A stretch of DNA of 64,000 nt. Origin: Octopus sinensis (Eukaryota). The position numbers and the translations under genes were made by a program. The stretch spans positions 79,794,001-79,858,000 of the forward strand of contig NC_042999.1 of assembly GCF_006345805.1 (NCBI RefSeq). Direction: 5' to 3'. How positions within the stretch are numbered: the first letter of the stretch is position 1; each line of letters starts with the position of its first letter. A model generated the notes under the pieces. That model was not told the DNA's origin. It did not search any database and saw only the letters and a program-made list of their open reading frames with translations. This document shows positions 54,659 to 64,000 of the stretch, piece by piece.

Positions 54659-54880
54659 TATATACACATATATATGTATAATGTGCATAATTTTATGAGT
54701 GTGTATGTGGTTTTTGTTTGTTTATGTATAAGGGGTATGCACGTATGTATAAATTTTCTAAAACAGAATATCTGACATATTGCTTAATCTGGTCTGCTGC
54801 AATAAAACAATAGCATAACGCATCTACAACTATATTCCCAATAATCGTCGTCGTCCTCATCGTCGTCGTCGTCGTCGTCG

Positions 54881-54929
<49 letters not shown>

Positions 54930-55339
54930 AATCATAATCATCATCAACAACAACAACAGCTATCCTGCCCAGTTACATGACTATTACAATCGGGGTTGCT
55001 GACGTCTTCTACCACCAACTAGGTACCCTTCAAGCATAACATTTTCCATTCCTACTGTTTCTAACTTGCTCACTTTCATCTCCTTCTAGTCATCATAATT
55101 TCAACTTTAATCTTGTTTGTTGTCGCCATTATAAAACCTGAATTTCATCTCTACATTGCCGCCATGATCATCATCGTCGTTGTCATCATCGCCGTTGTCT
55201 TCGTCTGTCTGGTTGGCCTGATCGTTACCATTCTCATCATTTCAATATAAAAGATGGAAAAATATTCTTATTCTAAAAGATAGAATATAAAGCATCAACA
55301 ACTGTTAGAATTTTTCTGAAGGCTATCTTATAATGGTCG

Positions 55340-55415
<76 letters not shown>

Positions 55416-55533
55416 CAAGTGCACTAACATTTACTCACACACGCACACGCACATACACACACACACAGGCCACACACAGACACTTTCACATACGCAAGCT
55501 GGCCCGAAGACACATATGCAAATAGAGGTATAT

Positions 55534-55582
<49 letters not shown>

Positions 55583-55697
55583 ATATATATACTATAGCGA
55601 TCCACACGTCATTCTGATTCAAATTTACATAAGCGATAATATTTATGGTCTGTATCTAGTATTTTGCTCTGTTTATCGCGCTCGCCACGACATTTGT

Positions 55698-55766
<69 letters not shown>

Positions 55767-55879
55767 TATATTATATTGTGTTTATGTTTGTTTTAATTAT
55801 TTGAAGTTTTCCTATTAGGAAAAAGTTCATTTCTAACAAACACACAAATTTGAAATATAGATTACAAACGCAATATCAC

Positions 55880-56430
55880 ATCCATTTTGAAACTAGAAAA
55901 AGTTTAATAAATGTTACTGCTACATTTACAGATTGTATTTCTAGTGTACGTGGAAGCTGGTTCAATTCTTATATAGTTAAGAACGTGGTGGAGGAGGTTG
56001 TATATATCCAAAGACTATCTTTATTATTTGAATGCCTCTGTGATGCATCAGCGACAACAGCATCATCATTTTTTTAAAGAAACAAAGTTCTTGGTTTAAA
56101 TGAAAAGTCCCCCACCTTCAAAAAGCGTTAAGGCTTACGTCATCTCAAATAACTTACAGGTGCTGTAGTACTGTTTGCGTCGGTGTAGCTGTCGGTAACA
56201 TCTACGATTATACAAGCGGAATTCCACGTGGAGTAGATATGTCTTATAATTCGGGGTAAATAACGCTACGTTGGTAACTAAATGGTGCTTTTCATATTTA
56301 TAATTTGGAGAAATATACCAGTTGCTGATTTAGACTTGAGGAGTCGGCATAATTGTAGAAGAAAACGTTCAAAAATACACTTCAAACGGTTTTCTACGGC
56401 TTCGTATCTGATGTTGGCTGCGCCATGTTG
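55880..56430 (-). pseudogene. Possible hAT transposase remnant
   Basis: HGAANIR..VENRLK..SSLN, STWNS and LNQLPRTLEIQSVN occur in the order expected for DGAANM..HSLNL, TRWNS and INxxSKxLQ. Confidence 0.4.
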
Positions 56431-56469
56431 TATGTAATAACAGCAACAACAACAACAACAATAATAATG

Positions 56470-56612
56470 ATCCTTTCTATTATAGGCACAAGGCCTGAAA
56501 TTTTGGGGAAGTGTTGCCAGTACAAAATTGGTACTTAATTTCTCGACCCCAACAAGGTGAAAGAACGTAGCAACAGGCGAAATACCGCTAAGCATTTCGT
56601 CCAACTCATCGC
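56470..56612 (-). mobile_element. SINE family A fragment
   Basis: ataggcacaaggcctgaaattttgggg..cgaaataccgctaagcatttcgtcc. Confidence 0.75.
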
Positions 56613-56613
56613 C

Positions 56614-56684
<71 letters not shown>

Positions 56685-56699
56685 TATAATAATAATAAT

Positions 56700-56791
<92 letters not shown>

Positions 56792-56796
56792 TAATA

Positions 56797-57570
56797 ATTG
56801 ACCATGTGGTCTCCAAGTGCAGTCTTCTAGCGCCTACAGAGTATCTCAACAGACACGATAGAGCTGCACAATATATTCACTGGGTAATCTGCAAAAACCT
56901 GGATTTGCCCCATGAAAAAAACTGGTGGGAACACAAATCACACCCAGTGCTTGAAAATGACCACATCTCACTCCTCTGGAACTTCACCATTCAAACTGAC
57001 AGAAAGATAGATGCAAATAGGCCAGACATCATATTGAAAGACTTCAAACAAAGAACATGCCTCCTCATTGATATGACTGTCCCAATCGATATAAACGTAT
57101 CTGTCAAGACCTACCAAAAACTGAGCAAATATAAAGATCTTGAAATAGAAATCAGCAAAATGTGGAACCTGAAGACTAAAACAATACCTGTTGTCATAGG
57201 TGCCCTGGGAATGATAGCAAGAGGGGCTGATAGCTACCTAACTCAGATACCGGGAAACCCAAAAATGGCAGAAATTCAAAAGATAGTGCTCATGGGAACT
57301 GCTCATATCCTACGCAAAATACTTTCTATGTAATCTCAAGGTTTAAAACAAACATAATTTTCGGTTTAAAGGGAGAGGGAAAAGAAAAAAAAATTTATTT
57401 TTATTTAAAAAAATTTTTTTTTTTAGACATTCATTAGTACAACCCCCCCCCCCAATATATGGCACACTAGGCATAACAACAACATGAACTTCCAACCTGT
57501 TGTCTCTTGAGGTCTCTGGGTGAGACTTGGAGCCAACTTGTACAAATATAAAGCAAAACTCAAACATAGA
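56797..57570 (+). mobile_element. 5'-truncated Dong/R4 LINE (RLE endonuclease ORF to 57333 + 3' UTR) inserted in (TAA)n
   Basis: DHVVSKC..YLNRHD..IHW..LLWNFTIQTDRKIDANRPDII..CLLIDMTVP..KLSKYKDL..PVVIGALG. (AAT)n on both sides, the known Dong target. Confidence 0.92.
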
Positions 57571-57630
57571 ATAATAATAATAATAATAATAATGATAACA
57601 ATAATGCTGCTGCTGCTGCTGCTGATGATG

Positions 57631-57695
<65 letters not shown>

Positions 57696-57715
57696 TAATA
57701 ATAATGATGATGATG

Positions 57716-57818
<103 letters not shown>

Positions 57819-57987
57819 CAATAATAACAATACCATCGACAACAATGACGTCAATAACAAAACAAAAGTATTTTATTCGTACAGACAAGAGCGACATTTT
57901 TATTCTCAGAAAAAATGCTAGGTAAAATGAAATTTATATATTTCTGTATTAATGTTTAGACCAATAATATCATTAAGTATCTTTGCT

Positions 57988-58031
<44 letters not shown>

Positions 58032-58649
58032 CATTGGCAAATATAATGGCTTAATGCATATTATAGTAAAAATATAAATTACTAAATATATTTTCACTAG
58101 AGACAAGCTAGTGAAGGTCTTAACAACAAATATTTTTTTTATAACTAACTCGTAAACTAGAAATATAATCAACGGATAGTAATGGAAGGTAGTGGAAATT
58201 TCGGGAAATTTGTTGCAGTCTTTTTGGCTGATGAAATTTTTTTTAGAAATTATAGTGATTATTCAGGTACAGCAATGTGATTAAATAATATGTTTAGAAA
58301 TAGTCATGCGCATGTCGAAATGGCCATAAATAATGTTACAAATTATGTTCTAAATACCAGAGCAAAATATTGAACAAGTTAGAAAAGAAATTAAGGAAAC
58401 TAAACAAGCAATGTTTGTGTTATGATGAGAAAAACATTCGATGTGTGATGTTCATCATTACATAATTTAAGAGGTGAGGTAGAGCACAAATTTAGAAATA
58501 GGACTTCACGAAACAAAAATATCAATCAGAGTATCAAAAATGCAGACAGATAAGGTTACCCATATATAAGTCATACTCAAAACCATCGTACTGACTACTG
58601 CAGACAATTTAAAAAACAACCTACTGATAAACTAAAAAAAATAAACTAA

Positions 58650-58865
58650 AGAGGCGGTGAGCTGGCAGAAACGTTAGCACGCCAGGTGAAATGTTCAGCG
58701 GTATTTCGTCTGTCTTTACGTTCTGAGTTCAAATTCCGCCGAGCTCGACTTTGCCTTTCATCCTTTCAAGATCGATAAATTAAGTACCAGTTACGTACTG
58801 AGGTCGATGTAATCGACTGGTCCTCTCCCCCAAAATTTCGATCCTTGTGCCTAGAGTAGAAAAAA
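58650..58865 (+). mobile_element. SINE family A, full length
   Basis: ggcggtgagctggcagaaacgttagcacgcc..gagttcaaattccgcc..ttgcctttcatcc..cttgtgcctagagtagaaaa. Confidence 0.92.
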
Positions 58866-59749
58866 AACTAAGAATATAATGTACCCATGAGGTGCATGCA
58901 AGAGCAGGTTGACGACGACAACATACAGTAGAAGAAATGGCTGGTGCATAAGCTAATGGATCGGAGAAAATCGATGTTAGTTCAATAAAATCATACAGAC
59001 AGATACTGCAAGAATATACAAATACACACAGTGGTTTGATAAACAATATTGAAATAAACATTCTGTCTACACATCGAAAAGCTCCGACACTACGGATGGT
59101 TACAGAAACAGTACGCATACGCGCAGCCGATATTGACCTCACACAAAAGTTCAAAAGTGCGAATGAAAGAAGTAATCATGCTTCAAACATATCATGCACC
59201 ATTTCAAAAACAGTAGAATCAGAAGGAGAAAAATAAAATTAAACTCAAATACTGTCAACCGGGACATGCACAAATTACAAATATCCATACTTACAATCAA
59301 TACCATCAATCAAATAATTCATACACAAACCAAACTCACAGATCGATACAATCCACACGCACAACCAACCATCAAGTGACACACCAGCGCGAGCAGGTTA
59401 ATGATTATGAATTTAAAAACGATCACAATGAAAACACAGTAAAACACAATATATATGTGACTGGCCATATTTGTAGCAAAACATCAGCTAAAATTTGTAA
59501 CAAATAACGATAAAGAAATGAACTATAATTAGTGAAGATGTTTATTTTATTGAGAGTATCATTCTTTCAAAGTATAACTATATCGGTTACAACACAAGGT
59601 TACACAATAATATTCTTGCTAGACACATGATACACACACACGGACTCACATATAGACAGAAACAGACGTAAACACACACACACGCGCGGACAAATACGCA
59701 TGCATATATATATATATAATCATATATATACCTACATACATACACACAT

Positions 59750-59835
<86 letters not shown>

Positions 59836-59887
59836 ATATATATTTGTAGTTAGATAGATAGATAGATAGATATTTTCTAAGATATTT

Positions 59888-60491
59888 TGTTATAGTTGCT
59901 GACACTGGGGGAGTATCAGAGACCACTTGCGGCCCTCGGAGAACAGTGAGATTTGAATTCTACCTAGAGTGTTTTAGATCAACACGTGCTGCAAAGATTG
60001 AGCGAAGAAGAGAGACCAAAGGGTTGGTGTTCTGGAGATGAAGGCTTGTCCATTGTGCCACGTTCGTTGCGGTTGGACGCATTAAGGTTGACTAGAGATA
60101 GAGGTTCGAGTCGTTGAAGTAGCAAACCGGGCAAACTGAGGAGCAGGGGACCTTATATAATCATTCGATCCTGTTTCCACTGCACTGGAGATACGATACT
60201 CCCCCGGCAGTGGAGCAGAGGCTGAAGTGAATCCATCACCCGTGTGACCCTACTCTGTAAACGATTCAGGCTGGTTTTGAGCGTGATGGGCTGTAAACCT
60301 TTGTATGGATTGGTTAAGCCGAGTAGAGTGTAGGGTTGAAATATCTTCCAGATCTAAAGGGCGAGTCTTTTATGATGTAATGTATATGCTATATATGTGG
60401 TGTGTGTGTATATGTGTGTGTGTGTGTCTGTTGCTTTTGCAAATGTATATAGCTCAAACGTATCATTTGTTATGATTAAACAATGTTTACA
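59888..60491. mobile_element. Possible solo LTR / unknown GC-richer insert
   Basis: TGT...ACA ends and ATTAAA near the 3' end, but no matching TSD. Confidence 0.25.
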
Positions 60492-60689
60492 TCTTTGTAT
60501 TTCTCTTTCTAGTCTGGTTTACTCCCACACATTGTAACCATTCTTAGCAAACACTCTGTCACTGATGTCTTCTCGACAAATATACGGATCATCAGGATCA
60601 TCATCATCATATCTATGATGACGATCATGGTCATGATCATATTCATTATCATCATCATCATCATCATCACGGTCATCGTCACCATCATC

Positions 60690-60732
<43 letters not shown>

Positions 60733-61088
60733 AGTCTCATCCGCCCACATACTCACACATTCCCAGAACTTGTAGTATGCACACACAACTATAGACACAC
60801 AAACATGACCACACAAACACACTCACACACACAAACACACACACACATATATATATACACGCACACACATATACATACATATAAACGAGCAGAGTTTACA
60901 TGTTCATAACATCAAAGTTCTTCGCCCTTTATCTTCTCTCTCCCGCCACAAACCCTCTTGTAAGATTTCCTTTGTTTTTATCATTTCTGCGATTGCTCTA
61001 TTAATTGCAGAAAGTTTCATTCAACCCTACTGCAAGCATCATCACACTTACCGCCATCAACCTCTCTCTCTCTCTCACTCTCTCTCTC

Positions 61089-61130
<42 letters not shown>

Positions 61131-61943
61131 TCTTCTGACACCCCCTTACTAATTCCTGTCTCTATTACTCCGCATCACTCGCTATATCTTTTCACTCTTT
61201 TACCTCCTACTTTAATACACGCGCTCTCTCTCTTCCCCAATCTCACTGTGGCATATTTCCTCTATCTCATTTTATTTTCCTCTTTCTCTTGCTATCCTTC
61301 TCTATTCTCTCACTGATACTCTTAGCCTCTGTCAACTCTCAGCCTGCTATCTCTTTTCCTTCTCGCTCACTCTCTATCGTACGCTCGCCCTCTATCGAAA
61401 CTGTAGTACTTCCTCTCTCTTTTCTCTCCCTATTATTTTTATCTGCTTTTCCCATAATGAAACGGAACAACGATATAACATTTATATACATATATTACAG
61501 ATGTTAATTCAATTACAGAATTATAGACATACGTACATAGATGTATGTACACGCAAACACAAACACACAGATACACACACACAGACACACATTAATATAT
61601 ACACTTACATTTCTACATGTGTGAATATATATATATATATGTTTATATACTCATACATAGATATATATGTACACTCACACACACATATACACAAAGACAA
61701 AGGAATATATATATATATGTATATATATATTCATACATATATGCATACATATATATTTATGCATATGTTTATGCGTATGTGTGCGCACATCTTTAGATAT
61801 ATATACGCCCAGATGCACACGCACCAGCAAATATTCTCATAGAAGCATATATATATATATACATATACGTATATAAAATATAATATAGTAAGCATGTGTG
61901 TGTATATATATATACACACACACATATACACAAAGACAAAGGA

Positions 61944-62021
<78 letters not shown>

Positions 62022-62344
62022 AGATATATATATATATGTGTGTGTGTAGATATATATATATATATACATTTACATAAGAGTACGTGTGCATATGTGCATA
62101 TAGATATGCATGTATGAGAATATTATGTTCTTCTTTTACTCTTTCATATGTTTCAGCTATGAGGCTGCAGCCAGTCTGGGGCACATCTATATATGTGTAC
62201 TTGTATCTATGCATACGTGTGCACATATATGCGCATGTTTCTGCACTTACGTGTTATGTGTATTTGAGTTTGATGGATGGATTTCTCCGCTTATTATGCG
62301 TGAGCCTGTAAAATTTTCCTCTGTGTATTTCAATATCAAAGATT

Positions 62345-62955
62345 CGAGCTGGCAGAGTCGTTAGCACGCTGGGCGAAATGATTAGCGGTATTTCCTCTGC
62401 TGCTACGTTCTGAGTTCAGATTCCGGCGAGGTCGACTTTGCCTTTCATCCTTTCGGGGTCGATTAAATAAGTACCAGTTACGCACTGGGTTCGATATAAT
62501 CGACTTAATCCGTTTCTCTGTCATTGTTTGTCCTCTCTGTGTTTAGCCCCTTGTGGGTAGTAAAGAAATAGGTATTTCGTCTGTCTTTATGTTCTGAGTT
62601 CAAACTCCGCCGAGGTCGACTTTGCCTTTCATCTTTTCGGGGTCGATTAAATAAGTACCAGTTACGCACTGGGGTAGATATAATCGACTTAACCCGTCTG
62701 TCTGTCCTTGCTTGTCCCCTCTGTGTGTAGCCCCTTGTGTGCAGTAAAGTAATATGAAACGTTTGCACGCCGGGTGAAATGTTTAGCTACATTTCGTCTG
62801 TCTTTACATTTTGAGTTCAAATTCTGCCGGGGTCGACTTTGCCTTTCATCCTTTCGGTTTCGATAAATTAAGTATCAGTTGCGTACTGGGCTCGATCTAA
62901 TCGACTGGCCCCCTCCCCACAAAATTTCGGGTCTTGTGCCTAAAGTAGAAAGAAA
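62345..62955 (+). mobile_element. Tandem trimer of SINE family A
   Basis: Three successive gagttca..gtcgactttgcctttcatc..aagtaccagtt..aatcgact units. Confidence 0.9.
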
Positions 62956-63116
62956 TTATATCTTCTCGTAGACCCTCTTCAAATTTTACTTGAATGCATA
63001 CAGACATATATACATAAACGCACACACATACGCACATATACACACACAAGTACACACACACACACTCACACCCATATATGTATGTATGTACATACGTGTA
63101 ATTACATATATATATG

Positions 63117-63150
<34 letters not shown>

Positions 63151-64000
63151 AATACATACATACATACAGACATGCATATATACATGTACGTGTATGCTTT
63201 TGTGCATGTTTCTATGTATGTGCACATTTATACATGTTTACATAATAGCCTTGTGCAAATGTATTACTATCAGATAAATGGAAATATTTCATTCCGGACA
63301 AAACTGGTAAAATATTTACCATTATTCCATCGCTAGTGAACAGCAGGTTCTATAACAACCTAGATTCCTTCATACAGTATAAGTTACAGTAGAAAGGTAA
63401 AATACCCTATCTTGTAAGTTGTCTTGTCTCAGCATCAATCCTCTATTATCTATTTCGCTGTTGCCTCCCAATATCATTGTCTCTGCTTTCTGTTTCATTC
63501 TTCTTTTCTTCCTTGTATTTGTTTATGCCAATAAGTATGTATGGATGTATGTATGCACATATTTCTGTACATATTTACGTATGGAAGCACGCACGCATTT
63601 ATGTTTGTACGTACAAGTTTATTTATGCATATTGATATCTTTTTTGCCTAATCATCGACTAAATCTTTCAAATTATGTACTTGCATGCATGCATACACAC
63701 ATTGCACACTCCCAAACATATACACGTACACACAAACACAAGCTCGTGCTGTAACTGCTGTTGGGAAAGAATCACAGAGAGTAAGAAGAATGTGTCGAAT
63801 AGTCAACTACAGCCAGTAAGATGCTTCTTAGGTGATCTTACTATGGCAAAGGAAACACACGTGGAGGCAAAACTGCTGCTATCATAACTTGAGCGCGCAG
63901 CTCAGCATCATAGTCATCAAAAAGTTTGAAGACCAAGTAACCAAGGAAAATAGTCGACAAGAAAGGCCAAATCGAGAAAAAGATAGCGCTGCAAAGAAGC

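Noticed and set aside
60130-60180. Hammerhead at CTGAGGA gcagg..cctgt
   Set aside because: No GAAA or NUH after the putative stem II.
61670-61960. Duplicated cacatatacacaaagacaaaggaatata motif
   Set aside because: Local duplication within microsatellite-rich DNA; no functional indication.

Overview
This is AT-rich eukaryotic DNA dense in microsatellites. Its SINE and LINE complement looks like a coleoid cephalopod, most likely Octopus (inference from recognised repeat families). I see no convincing host-gene exon, and almost all ORFs in the track are simple-repeat artefacts. The window is a patchwork of tRNA-derived SINEs (at least 4 modular families), decayed LINEs (Dong/R4, RTE, CR1/L2), mariner, hAT- and MULE-like remnants, a non-autonomous Helitron and a foldback MITE. 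The most notable system is a set of Penelope-like element (PLE) insertions in (TA)n tracts. Their pseudo-LTRs carry at least five different hammerhead-ribozyme (HHR) designs: minimal, long or branched stem II, a mismatched 10.1-11.1 pair, an atypical CUGUAGAA core, and possibly a permuted form. Many sit in inverted-repeat foldbacks with arms from about 30 bp to about 815 bp, with a consistent one-sided 'tail'. Boundaries were read by eye and are approximate unless stated.
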